This document shows, piece by piece, positions 31,176-40,225 of a stretch of DNA of 64,000 nt. Position numbers and translations under genes: made by a program. Source of the DNA: Longimicrobiales bacterium (GTDB lineage: Bacteria > Gemmatimonadota > Gemmatimonadetes > Longimicrobiales > Gaopeijiaceae). Position 1 is the first letter of the stretch; each line of letters begins with the position of its first letter. The notes beneath the pieces are model-generated. The model was not told the origin of the DNA, made no database searches, and worked only from the letters and a program-made list of their open reading frames with translations. The stretch lies in contig CBDBCF010000001.1 of NCBI GenBank assembly GCA_965202985.1, positions 1,088,001-1,152,000 on the forward strand. The letters are read 5' to 3'.

Positions 31176-32162
31176 TCAGAAGATGGAGAACCGCAGATAG
31201 CGGGTCGGGTTCTCGCGGATGTCGGACAGGAGGGCGCGCAGGTCCATGACCGCTTCCTCGACGCTCATGGCCAGGGCCGGGTCCGACACGAGGCGGCCCA
31301 GCGAGCCCTCGCCCGTCTCGGCGTCCGCCAGGAGCCGGTTGAAGCGGGCGAAGGTGGAGTCGGCTTGGCGCGCCATCGACCGCACGTCGGCCAGCGAGGC
31401 GTCCAGCTGGTCGGTGGCGCCGCGCAGGTTCTCGATCGTGGCGCCGGCGTCGGCAAAGACGGTCTCCAGTTCGGCGTCGGCCAGGATCCGGTCGACGCGC
31501 TCGAACGACAGGCGCGCCGCGTGCGCCGCAGCCCCCAGCTCGCGCGCGGACTCGTTCACGCCGTCGGAAAGATCGGCGAAGCGGCTGGCCTGCTGGTCCA
31601 CCACCCGCGACAGCCCGTCGCTGACCTCCACGATGTTGTCGATCGCCCGACGCAGGTTGTGCGCCGTCTCTTCGGTGAAGGCGATCTGCACGCGCTCCGA
31701 GATGACCCGCAGGTTGCCGGCGATCTCGTCGGCGGTGGCGGTCAGGTGGGAGATGTCGGGAAGCGCGGCGCCCGGAAGCACGCCGTCTTCCCCGTGTTCG
31801 TGGTAGGCGTAGCGGGGAAAGTCTTCGCGGTCCACGATCTCGGCCTGCCAGCCGCCGAACATGGACTCGGGCGCCAGCAGCACGGCGGCGTCGGCAGGAA
31901 GCACCAGCTCCGGGAGCACCGTCATCTCCACCAGGACCGCGTCGCCGCCCGGCGCGACCGCCACGGCGTCCACCCTGCCGACCGCGACGCCACGGAACTT
32001 CACCGGAGCCCCCGGCGCCAGCTGGCCCACTCCCGTGAACCCCGCCCGCAGCAGCCGGCCGTCGGCCCCCCAGCCTCCCTTGAGCCAGATGCTGCCCGCC
32101 ACGCCGGCGACCAGCGCCAGCAGCACGACCAGTCCCACCAGCGCTTCGCGGCCTCGCTCCAT
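31176..32162 (-). CDS. mlaD: MlaD/MCE family protein
   Basis: N-terminal TM, GQLAPGAPVKFRGVAVGRV MCE motif, coiled coil, GSLGRLVSDP...DIRENPTRY. Confidence 0.9.
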   Translation of the reverse strand: MERGREALVGLVVLLALVAGVAGSIWLKGGWGADGRLLRAGFTGVGQLAPGAPVKFRGVAVGRVDAVAVAPGGDAVLVEMTVLPELVLPADAAVLLAPESMFGGWQAEIVDREDFPRYAYHEHGEDGVLPGAALPDISHLTATADEIAGNLRVISERVQIAFTEETAHNLRRAIDNIVEVSDGLSRVVDQQASRFADLSDGVNESARELGAAAHAARLSFERVDRILADAELETVFADAGATIENLRGATDQLDASLADVRSMARQADSTFARFNRLLADAETGEGSLGRLVSDPALAMSVEEAVMDLRALLSDIRENPTRYLRFSIF

Positions 32163-32169
32163 GCCCCCT

Positions 32170-32925
32170 CTACGCCCCTTCCGTTCCGAAGTAGAGTTCC
32201 GGATCGCCCTCCACGAACCCGCGCAGAACCGGATCGCCGGATGTCCGCACCTCGTCCGGCGTGCCCGCGAAGGCGGCCTTCCCTTCGTGCAGCAGAGCGA
32301 TTCGATCGGCGATGCGCAGTGCGCTGGTCATGTCGTGGGTCACCACCAAGCCGGTTGCGCCCAGCTCGTCGCGCATCCGCAGAATCAGGCGGTCGATGGA
32401 GGTCGTGGTCACGGGGTCCAGGCCCGTCGTGGGTTCGTCGTACAAAAGGTACTTGGGAGAGGCCGCGATGGCTCTGGCCACGCCTGCCCGCTTCCGTTGC
32501 CCTCCGCTCAGCTCGGAGGGATAGCGATCCTCCATGCCGTGCAGTCCCACCAGCGCCAAGCACTCCCGGACGCGGTCCCGAATCTGGCCCGGCGTCCAAT
32601 CGGGAAGCTGCCGAAGCCCCATCCCCGCGTTCTCGGCAATCGTCATGGAGTCGAAGAGCGCCGCGAACTGGAACACGTAGCCGATCCGCCGCCGCAGGCC
32701 CGCCAGGCCGCCGCCGTCCAGCGCCTGAACCTGCACGCCGTCCACCTCCACCGAGCCCGAGTCGGGGCGGAGCAGGCGCACCACGTGCTTGAGGAGCACG
32801 GACTTGCCGCTCCCCGACGGCCCCAGGATCGCGGCGGTCTCGCCGTCGCTGATCGACATGGTGAAGCCCCGGAGGACCTTCTTGGGGCCGAAGGACTTGC
32901 GAAGCCCAGAGAAGTGGATGCTCAC
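32170..32925 (-). CDS. mlaF: MlaF-like ABC transporter ATP-binding protein
   Basis: GPSGSGKS, FQFAALFDSMT, LSGGQRKR, LLYDEPTTGLDP. Confidence 0.93.
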   Translation of the reverse strand: MSIHFSGLRKSFGPKKVLRGFTMSISDGETAAILGPSGSGKSVLLKHVVRLLRPDSGSVEVDGVQVQALDGGGLAGLRRRIGYVFQFAALFDSMTIAENAGMGLRQLPDWTPGQIRDRVRECLALVGLHGMEDRYPSELSGGQRKRAGVARAIAASPKYLLYDEPTTGLDPVTTTSIDRLILRMRDELGATGLVVTHDMTSALRIADRIALLHEGKAAFAGTPDEVRTSGDPVLRGFVEGDPELYFGTEGA

Positions 32926-33704
32926 AGCAGCACCACGGCCCAGAAGGCGTCCAGCACCAGGATCACCATGCTGGCGGCCACGACCGCCCGCGTGGCGGCG
33001 GCGCCCACGCCCTCGGCGCCCCCGCTGGCGTGAAGGCCGAAGAAGCAGCCCGCGCCCGTCACCACGGCGCCGAAGGACACGGACTTGATCACCGCGAACC
33101 ACACGTCCCACGTGTCGAAGAAAAGTCGCAAGCCCTTGGCGAACTCTTGGGACGACATGTCCAGCAGCTGGAGGGCCGCGAACCAGCCCGACGCGATCCC
33201 CGCCGCGACGGACAGGACGACCACGGCCGGGAACATGAGGACGCCCGCCAGCATCCGAGGCGCCACCAAGTAGGCCAAGGGATCGTAGGCCAAGGTCTCC
33301 AAGGCGTCGATCTGCTCGGTCACGCGCATCGTCCCCAGCTCGGCGGAGATCTTGGCGCCGACCCGTCCCGCCAGCGTGAGGCCCGTCAGCACCGGCCCCA
33401 GCTCCAGGATCATGACCTTGCCGACGAGCGTGCCCACGAAGTAGTGGGGGATGGCGCCCGTCAGCGTGTACGAGGCCTGCAGCGCCATGACGACCCCGGC
33501 GAAGACGGCGATGAAGAGGGCGATCGGCACCGACGCCGCCCCCACGCGGGCCATCTGCGGGAGCAGGTGGGGAGCCCAGGTGCGGACGTTCCCCAGCGCT
33601 CGAACGGTGCCGCCGACGAGCAGCCAAGCCCTGCCGGTCGCGGCCAATCCGGCCACGGCGCCCCGGCCCGAGGCGGCCAGGGGCCGAAGGAGGAACTCAC
33701 GCAT
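32922..33704 (-). CDS. mlaE: MlaE-like ABC transporter permease
   Basis: ELGPVLTGL, AELGTMRVTEQIDAL, GAEGVGAAATRAVV. Confidence 0.94.
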   Translation of the reverse strand: MREFLLRPLAASGRGAVAGLAATGRAWLLVGGTVRALGNVRTWAPHLLPQMARVGAASVPIALFIAVFAGVVMALQASYTLTGAIPHYFVGTLVGKVMILELGPVLTGLTLAGRVGAKISAELGTMRVTEQIDALETLAYDPLAYLVAPRMLAGVLMFPAVVVLSVAAGIASGWFAALQLLDMSSQEFAKGLRLFFDTWDVWFAVIKSVSFGAVVTGAGCFFGLHASGGAEGVGAAATRAVVAASMVILVLDAFWAVVLL

Positions 33705-34107
33705 CAGAAACGATAACGACGGCCGAAGCGCCGGGAGGAATCCGCGGGACGGCGGAGAGGCGCGGGCCGGCGCCGACCTGTCGAAAGGCCTGGAACGCGA
33801 AGGTGACGCGGTCTGGGCCGGGGCCGCCCCACTCGACCGACAGCTTGCCTACGCCGTCGCGGGCGGGCCGAAGGGACACCTCGATCTCCAGGCCCTGTTC
33901 GGGGGACTCGATACGGGCCCGGACGCGCCGGTCGGCCTCTGGACCGGGGACCCGGGAAGGGTTGCGGAACAAGGTCTTGGTGGACTGGCGACCGCCGGGC
34001 AACCGCCGGGTGACCCGAATCCGGTCGAGCCAGTCCGGCGGGTAGCTGATCCGGTAGCGAAAGCCGCACTGGTCCTCGCCCTCGCCCCAGCGGTTGTGGC
34101 GCGCCAC
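33697..34107 (-). CDS. Hypothetical protein heading the mla operon
   Basis: GAGGAGG RBS before GTG 34107; overlaps the mlaE start; 136 aa. Confidence 0.65.
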   Translation of the reverse strand: MARHNRWGEGEDQCGFRYRISYPPDWLDRIRVTRRLPGGRQSTKTLFRNPSRVPGPEADRRVRARIESPEQGLEIEVSLRPARDGVGKLSVEWGGPGPDRVTFAFQAFRQVGAGPRLSAVPRIPPGASAVVIVSDA

Positions 34108-34213
34108 ACTTGACCTCCTCGCGAACGATGACGATTCTTCGAGAGGCGGGTTGCCCTGCCCTCTGCTACGCCCGATCCCCGCGCCGCCCTGCTTGTCGGC
34201 ACGAGCGCCCCCG

Positions 34214-35470
34214 ATGGACGTCACCCAGCTCAGGAACAGCACCGTAGCCGAACTTCAAGGCTACGCCGATTCGCTCAAGGTCCCTTACGGCGGAGGTCTT
34301 CGCAAGCAGGACCTCATCGTCCGCATCCACCAAGGGCTGGCGCGCAGGAACGAGACTGCGTGGACGCGCGGCGTCCTGGACATATTGCCCGACGGCAACG
34401 GCTTCCTGCGGTCTCCCGACTGGAACTACTTGGCCGCGCCGGGCGACGTGCACGTGCACCCCGCCAAGGTGGCCCAGATGGGCTTGCGCCGGGGCGACGC
34501 CGTCTTCGGGTCGGTGGGGCCCGGCGGGCGGGGCGGTCGCTTTCTGACGTTGACCGGCGTGGAGCGCGTCAACGGCCGTCCGCCGGAGCACGCCTCGGGC
34601 CGCCCGACCTACGAGGAGCTTCGGCCCACCTATCCGGACCAGCGGCTGACGCTGGAGGTGCCTCGTGGGAACGTGGCGATGCGGATCGTGGATCTGGTGG
34701 CGCCGGTCGGGCTTGGGCAGCGCGGGCTGATCGTGTCTCCGCCCAAGGCGGGCAAGACCACGATCCTGCGGAACATGGCGAACGCAATCTCGGCCAACCA
34801 CCCCGGCGTGGAGCTTCTGGTCCTGCTCATCGACGAGCGGCCCGAAGAAGTGACCGAGATGACGGACGCCGTGCCCGACGGCGAGGTCGTTGCCTCCACC
34901 TTCGACGAGCCGGCGATCCGGCACCGGCAGGTGGCGGAGATGGTGCTGGAGAAGGCCAAGCGGCAAGTGGAGTACGGGCGCGACGTGGTGATCCTCCTGG
35001 ACTCGGTGACGCGGCTGGCGCGCGCGTACAACACGGTGGCGCGGCACTCCGGCCGCATCCTGTCCGGAGGCGTGGACGCCAACGCGCTTCAATGGCCCAA
35101 GAAGTTCTTCGGCTCGGCCCGAAAGATCATGGACGGCGGCTCGCTGACGATCGTGGCGACGGCGCTGGTCGAGACGGGCAGCCGCATGGACGAGGTGATC
35201 TTCGAGGAGTTCAAGGGCACGGGCAACATGGAGCTGGTGCTGGACCGGGAGACTTCGAACCAGCGCATCTTTCCTGCAATCGACTTGAACCGATCCGGGA
35301 CGCGGCGCGAGGAGATGCTGCTTTCGCCCACCGAGCTGAACCGCGTCTACGTGCTGCGGAACTTCCTGTCGGACATGCCCGCGCCGGAAGCCGCCCAGTT
35401 CCTGCTGGACCGCATCGGCCGCCACCCGACGAACGATGCGTTCCTGGCGGCGATGGCTGTCGGCGAGTAG
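34214..35470 (+). CDS. rho: Transcription termination factor Rho
   Basis: [54 protein letters not shown]. Confidence 0.98.
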   Translation: MDVTQLRNSTVAELQGYADSLKVPYGGGLRKQDLIVRIHQGLARRNETAWTRGVLDILPDGNGFLRSPDWNYLAAPGDVHVHPAKVAQMGLRRGDAVFGSVGPGGRGGRFLTLTGVERVNGRPPEHASGRPTYEELRPTYPDQRLTLEVPRGNVAMRIVDLVAPVGLGQRGLIVSPPKAGKTTILRNMANAISANHPGVELLVLLIDERPEEVTEMTDAVPDGEVVASTFDEPAIRHRQVAEMVLEKAKRQVEYGRDVVILLDSVTRLARAYNTVARHSGRILSGGVDANALQWPKKFFGSARKIMDGGSLTIVATALVETGSRMDEVIFEEFKGTGNMELVLDRETSNQRIFPAIDLNRSGTRREEMLLSPTELNRVYVLRNFLSDMPAPEAAQFLLDRIGRHPTNDAFLAAMAVGE

Positions 35471-35485
35471 GGGTTTGGGGAGAAC

Positions 35486-36637
35486 TCAGGCCGCAGGAAC
35501 CACCCGTCTCGTTTCCACGTGATGGAGGCCCAGGTCGTCCTGCCTTCGCAGGAGCAGCCGGTCGCCCTCCGCGTCCATGACGAGCAGCGAGCGCGGCAAC
35601 CGGAGACGCCGCAGCGGCGCGCCGTCCAGGTCCACGTTGATCCAGTCCCGGTGCTCGATCCCCGGAATCCCGCGACCACCCAGCCACAGCGTCCGGTCCC
35701 GGGCGAACACGATCGCGGCAAAGCCGTCGGCGCGTTCAGGCAACGGGGCGGACGCGAGCCGCTTCTCCATGCGCGTCCGGGTGAGCGCTACCAGAGCGTA
35801 CAGCGAATCAGTGACGCGGTCCTTGACCTCTCCGCCGAGCTCCAAGGCCGTGCCTTTGACGGCAACCTCGAGCCGGGTGACGCCTTCCGCGTCGATGAAC
35901 CTCACCCGCGGAGGACCCTCCGACACGAACAGGAACCCGGCCCCGGCGGCAAAGCTCGTGATTTCGGGTACGGGCGGAACACCGGCGCCCATTCCTCCTG
36001 GTCCAGAGTAGTAATCGGGACCGGGTACTGAAGCGACGGGGACCACCTCCCCGTCCATCCGCCAGCGCACGACCGAGAACGGCACTCTAAAACGACCGGC
36101 AGAATACTTTCCAGGCCAGATTTGCGCCTGCTCCACCAGCCATGCCTCCTCCGCAACCGGCCCTGGCCACACCTCCACGGGCGGCAACATTCCCTTGAAC
36201 TCAAAGGTCCGCCCCTCGCCGGTCGCCGGCGAGAATACCGTGCCGCGTCGAAGGTCGAAGTCGTAGACGAAGACCGAATCTACCGGCCATGACCACAAGG
36301 AACTCAGCCGCATGAACTCCATCGGGCCTTCTCCCCGCCGTCCGACGGTGCGCTCCAACCGCCCGAGCGTATCAAGCACGACGACCCGACGGTTGCCGCT
36401 GTCGGCGACCACGGCCCTGCCCTCGTTCGCGAACACGGCCCCCGCAACTCCGGCGAGGAAGCCCGTCGCCTCTTCGTCCAGCTCGTAGCCGGAGCGCTCG
36501 TCCACGCTCCACAGCTCCGCATCGTCAAGGCGCCACGACACCACCGGGTGGTCGCCCGCCGGGCTGGCCTGCTCCGTGCAGCCGACGACCAGCGCCGCGA
36601 GGACCAGGACGACGGATCGCCCCGGCCCCAATGACAC
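35486..36637 (-). CDS. 6-bladed beta-propeller (NHL-like) lipoprotein, paralog A
   Basis: Lipobox LVVG-C; VVADSGNRRV, VGRRGEGPMEF. Start uncertain because the paralog's ATG is TCG here; GTG 36637 chosen. Confidence 0.8.
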   Translation of the reverse strand: MSLGPGRSVVLVLAALVVGCTEQASPAGDHPVVSWRLDDAELWSVDERSGYELDEEATGFLAGVAGAVFANEGRAVVADSGNRRVVVLDTLGRLERTVGRRGEGPMEFMRLSSLWSWPVDSVFVYDFDLRRGTVFSPATGEGRTFEFKGMLPPVEVWPGPVAEEAWLVEQAQIWPGKYSAGRFRVPFSVVRWRMDGEVVPVASVPGPDYYSGPGGMGAGVPPVPEITSFAAGAGFLFVSEGPPRVRFIDAEGVTRLEVAVKGTALELGGEVKDRVTDSLYALVALTRTRMEKRLASAPLPERADGFAAIVFARDRTLWLGGRGIPGIEHRDWINVDLDGAPLRRLRLPRSLLVMDAEGDRLLLRRQDDLGLHHVETRRVVPAA

Positions 36638-36675
36638 CGGCCGCTCTGCCGATTCCGTCGAGTTAGCTGGGCTCC
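35496..36675. repeat. Tandem duplication, copy A (about 1.18 kb)
   Basis: Aligns with 36976-38152; near-identical in the gene's 3' half, with divergent patches in the 5' half. Confidence 0.95.
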
Positions 36676-36684
36676 TCGCTCTCC

Positions 36685-36915
36685 CTACCGCCCCCACCAA
36701 CGAACTACTATTTGGTCATGGCAGCACATATCCATGTCCAGGCGGCAGGCGAAGCACCCGCAATCAGTGCCGGCGCAGGCCCGCCTTAGCTCGGGGACGC
36801 AGTGTTCGTCCGCCTCGCATGGGGTCTGTGCGGCGGTCGGGGGGCTGGCCGGCAAGAGGGCCGCTGCGAGCACGACCACGCCAGCGAGGAACAGAATGCG
36901 AATGGCTTCGATCAT
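36685..36915 (-). CDS. Small secreted cysteine-rich peptide (76 aa, 8 Cys)
   Basis: AAGGAG RBS, MIEAIRILFLAGVVVLAAALLPASPPTAA signal, mature QTPCEADEHCVPELRRACAGTDCGCFACRLDMDMCCHDQIVVRWWGR; fills the gap between the two paralogs. Confidence 0.72.
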   Translation of the reverse strand: MIEAIRILFLAGVVVLAAALLPASPPTAAQTPCEADEHCVPELRRACAGTDCGCFACRLDMDMCCHDQIVVRWWGR

Positions 36916-36956
36916 GGAGCTTGTCTCCTTGCGTAAGGTGTTTCTGCGGAAGCCGC

Positions 36957-38138
36957 TCAATACGATCCGCTCGCGGGAACCACCTGTCTCACTTCCACGT
37001 GATGGAGGCCCAGGTCGTCCTGCCTTCGCAGGAGCAGGCGGTCGCCGTCCGCATCCATGACGAGCAGCGAACGCGGCAACCGGAGACGCCGCAGCGGCGC
37101 GCCGTCCAAGTCCACGTTGATCCAGTCCCGATGCTCGATCCCCGGAATCCCACGACCACCCAGCCACAGCGTCCGGTCCCGGGCAAACACGATCACGGCA
37201 AAGCCGTCGGCGCGTTCAGGCAACGGGGCGGACGCGAGCCGCCTCTCCATGCGCGTCCGGGTGAGCGCCACAAGAGCATACAGCGAATCGGTGACGCGGT
37301 CCTTGACCTCTCCGCCGAGCTCCAAGGCCGTGCCTTCGACGGCGACCTCGAGCCGGGTGACGCCTTCCGCGTCAATGAACCTCACCCGCGGAGGACCCTC
37401 CGACACGAACAGGAACCCGGCGCCGGCGGCAAAGCTCGTGACTTCGGGTACGGGCGGAGCGCTGAAGCCCACTCCGCCAGAGCCGAAGTGGTAGTCGGCG
37501 TAGGGTACCGAGGCGACCGGGGTCACTTCCCCGTCCATCCGCCAGCGCACGATCGAGATCGGCACTCGATGGCGACCGGCGGGGTACTTTCCGGGCCAAA
37601 TCTCGTACCGCTCCGCCAGCCATGCCTCTCCTGCGACCGGCCCCGGCCACGCCCCCGCGGGCGGCAGCATTCCCTCGAACTCGAACGTCCGCCCCTCTCC
37701 AGTCTCCGGCGAGAACACCGTGGCGCGTCCAAGACCGGAATCGTACGCGAAAACCGAATCTCCCGGCCACGACGACAGGGTGCTCAGCCGTCTGAACTCC
37801 ATCGGGCCCTCGCCTCGCCGTCCGACGGTCCGCTCCAGCCGCCCGGGCGCATCTAGCACGAGGACCCGACGGTTGCCGCTGTCGGCCACCACGGCCGTGC
37901 CCTCGCTCGCGAACACGGCTCCCGGAACTCCGGCGAGGAAGCCCACCGCCTCTTCGTCCAGCTCGTAGCCGGATTGCTCGTCCACGCTCCACAGCTCCGC
38001 GTTGTCGAGGTGCCACGATACCACCGGGTAGTCGCCTGCCGGACTGGCCTGTTCCGCGCAGCCGACGAGCAGGGCCGCCAGGACCAGGACGACGGATCGC
38101 ACCGGCCCCGGCGGCGGTCGCTCTGTTGATCCCGTCAT
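36957..38138 (-). CDS. 6-bladed beta-propeller lipoprotein, paralog B
   Basis: Lipobox LLVG-C; GGAG RBS; same motifs as paralog A. Confidence 0.85.
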   Translation of the reverse strand: MTGSTERPPPGPVRSVVLVLAALLVGCAEQASPAGDYPVVSWHLDNAELWSVDEQSGYELDEEAVGFLAGVPGAVFASEGTAVVADSGNRRVLVLDAPGRLERTVGRRGEGPMEFRRLSTLSSWPGDSVFAYDSGLGRATVFSPETGEGRTFEFEGMLPPAGAWPGPVAGEAWLAERYEIWPGKYPAGRHRVPISIVRWRMDGEVTPVASVPYADYHFGSGGVGFSAPPVPEVTSFAAGAGFLFVSEGPPRVRFIDAEGVTRLEVAVEGTALELGGEVKDRVTDSLYALVALTRTRMERRLASAPLPERADGFAVIVFARDRTLWLGGRGIPGIEHRDWINVDLDGAPLRRLRLPRSLLVMDADGDRLLLRRQDDLGLHHVEVRQVVPASGSY

Positions 38139-38152
38139 GTCAGCTGGGCTCC
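36976..38152. repeat. Tandem duplication, copy B
   Basis: Direct repeat of 35496-36675. Confidence 0.95.
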
Positions 38153-38257
38153 CTCAGTCCTCGCCGCCGCCCCCAGTCGGAGCAGCTTGTCTGTCGTACC
38201 GGCAAGCCGCTCGTCCCGGACCACGGTCCGCCAGACAGTCCGTCTCGTCGACTTCAT
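38135..38257 (-). CDS. Putative 40-aa small ORF coupled to both neighbours
   Basis: MKSTRRTVWRTVVRDERLAGTTDKLLRLGAAARTEGAQLT; ATGA overlaps at both ends. Confidence 0.35.
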   Translation of the reverse strand: MKSTRRTVWRTVVRDERLAGTTDKLLRLGAAARTEGAQLT

Positions 38258-39420
38258 CGGTTCGCCTCCAGGTCCAACACCTCGAGCCGCCACCCCTCCT
38301 CGGAGTCCTGCGTCGCCACGTACAACGCAGTGTCGGCCGCCACCACGCGACCGCCCAGCGTAAGGTCCCGCGCCAGCAGCCGGCCAGACCCCAGCTCGAA
38401 GATGTCCGCCCGATACCGTGCCTCGGACAATGCCGTCTCCCGGTCGTTCAGGTCCTTGAGCACCACCACCACCATCGAGTCGTCCAGCACATGGACCCCG
38501 TCGATCGTCGTGAACGACTTGAGCCATTCGTCGTGTCGCGTGCGGCCCTCGGGACCTGCGAACGCGAAGAGCTCCGGGTGGCTTGGGAGCCGGAAGGAGG
38601 CCGACGCGCTCCCGAACGTACCCTTCGGCGCGCCGTCCGAGCCGTAGCGATGGAGCGGGTAGAGGGAGTTGGCGACCACCAGCTCGTCCCCCGCCGGCGC
38701 CACATGGGTCGTGAACCACCCTGTCCAGTACGGCACGCCTTCCATCCTCTCGTCGCGCGGATGGAAGGTTGCAACCGACCTGCCTTCGTAGTCGTACACC
38801 GCGACTTCGTTGCCCGGGCCGCGAGGTCGCATGAGGACGGTGGCCAGCTTGTCCTGCCACGCCCGAAGCTGCACGAGGAAGTACGTGCCTTCGACGGTGA
38901 AGAAGGTGTCCACGGCCAAGTCGGGCGAGATGCGCGCGACCGCCGCCACGGGCTGGCCCGAATCGAACGCCACCCTGCGAGCGGTGCCTGTGACGTACAG
39001 GTGCCGATCTTGCCCGAATGCGATGCTACCCGCCCCCGCCCCCGACGGCTGCCAGAACCCCGCGGGCTCGCCGTCCGCGCCCGGCACCGAGGCCAAATAC
39101 TTCCCGTCCGGTCCGTACTTGTGGACTCGCCCGGTCTTCCCGTCCAGCACGAAGAGGTTCCCGGCGACGTCCACCGCCAAGTCCTCCACCCCGAGCAGGG
39201 GCGGATTCCCGTCGCGCTCGAGGACAATCGTCCGCACCTGCGCCAGCTCCGCGCCGGTCGTCTGCTCCGGCGGAGCCTCCGGCTCGGACGTGCATCCGCT
39301 CCACGCCGCCAGGGCGAGCGCCGTCGTCGTGACAGATAGAGGGAGGCGTTGGCCAGCCTCTCCGACTATACGCCGTTGCCGGGGCGCGCCGACGCGGCCT
39401 TGCTCTGTAACGACTCTCAT
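38254..39420 (-). CDS. 6-bladed beta-propeller lipoprotein, divergent member C
   Basis: Lipobox-like AWSG-C; DLAVDVAGNLFVLDGKTGRVHKYGPDGKYL NHL repeat. Start estimated. Confidence 0.8.
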   Translation of the reverse strand: MRVVTEQGRVGAPRQRRIVGEAGQRLPLSVTTTALALAAWSGCTSEPEAPPEQTTGAELAQVRTIVLERDGNPPLLGVEDLAVDVAGNLFVLDGKTGRVHKYGPDGKYLASVPGADGEPAGFWQPSGAGAGSIAFGQDRHLYVTGTARRVAFDSGQPVAAVARISPDLAVDTFFTVEGTYFLVQLRAWQDKLATVLMRPRGPGNEVAVYDYEGRSVATFHPRDERMEGVPYWTGWFTTHVAPAGDELVVANSLYPLHRYGSDGAPKGTFGSASASFRLPSHPELFAFAGPEGRTRHDEWLKSFTTIDGVHVLDDSMVVVVLKDLNDRETALSEARYRADIFELGSGRLLARDLTLGGRVVAADTALYVATQDSEEGWRLEVLDLEANR

Positions 39421-39635
39421 GGCAACCGACTTCCCCTTGACAATTCGGCTCGCACACCGAGCCGTCGCAAGTAGACAGCTCCGTGCCGCTCCACGGGGTT
39501 CCATGGCGACAAGAGGAGTGCAACAGAAGACGCCAGAGAACGCCAGAATGCCGCTACCGTCGCCCGGCTCCCCGCGTCCGCCCTCAGCGCCAGCAGATCC
39601 ATCACTGGGTCGCCCTCCGCATCCATGACGAGAGC

Positions 39636-40190
39636 CTAGCCGTCGAGGGCACGGTAGCGGGGGTTGACCACGAGGTCGCCGCCTTTGAAGACCTTCTGGT
39701 CCCAGGGGTAGGCCAGCGTGGACGCGGTGGCGAGGGCGTGGTAGTCGGGCTGGTAGCCGCCGGGCCGGGCGAAGCAGGTGGCGGTGCGAACTTCCGTCGG
39801 CTGCACGTCGCGGACGGCGGCGAGCGCCAAGCGCAGGGTGTCTCCCGACGTCGTGATCTCGTCCACGACCAGGACGCGCTTGCCCCTGGCCTGGCGGGGC
39901 GCGGCGGAGAGCACCGACGGGCGCTGGCGCACCACTTCGCCCCCTTCCTTCCGCGTGATCTGCAACGAGAAGAAGTCCTTGCGCATCATGCAGGCGACGA
40001 CCGCGCCCGGGATCACGCCGGCCCGCGCCACGCCGACGATGACGTCGGGGTCGTAGCTGCCCGCCACCTTCAGGGCCAGGGCTCGGCAAAGCTCGCCGAA
40101 GATCTCCCAGGACAGTGCCATGCAGTCCCCGTCGGGCCGAACCGCGCCGGCCGGGTAGGGGCCGTCCGTCGGGGCGAACGGACTCGGCAT
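39636..40190 (-). CDS. Phosphoribosyltransferase (Gpt/Hpt-like)
   Basis: IVGVARAGVIPG, RVLVVDEITTSGDTL PRPP loop, YPW; GGAGGAG RBS (alternative ATG 40211). Confidence 0.9.
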   Translation of the reverse strand: MPSPFAPTDGPYPAGAVRPDGDCMALSWEIFGELCRALALKVAGSYDPDVIVGVARAGVIPGAVVACMMRKDFFSLQITRKEGGEVVRQRPSVLSAAPRQARGKRVLVVDEITTSGDTLRLALAAVRDVQPTEVRTATCFARPGGYQPDYHALATASTLAYPWDQKVFKGGDLVVNPRYRALDG

Positions 40191-40225
40191 TGTCTCCTCC
40201 TGTTCGTCCATGTCAACTTCCCGCC

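Noticed and set aside
35496..38152. Diversity-generating retroelement (template/variable repeat pair)
   Set aside because: Differences between the copies are not adenine-specific, the whole gene is duplicated, and there is no reverse transcriptase in the window.
39437..39464. TTGACA and a 7-bp hairpin (CGGCTCG/CGAGCCG) as promoter or terminator
   Set aside because: No -10 box at proper spacing, wrong orientation for the adjacent genes, and no U-tract.
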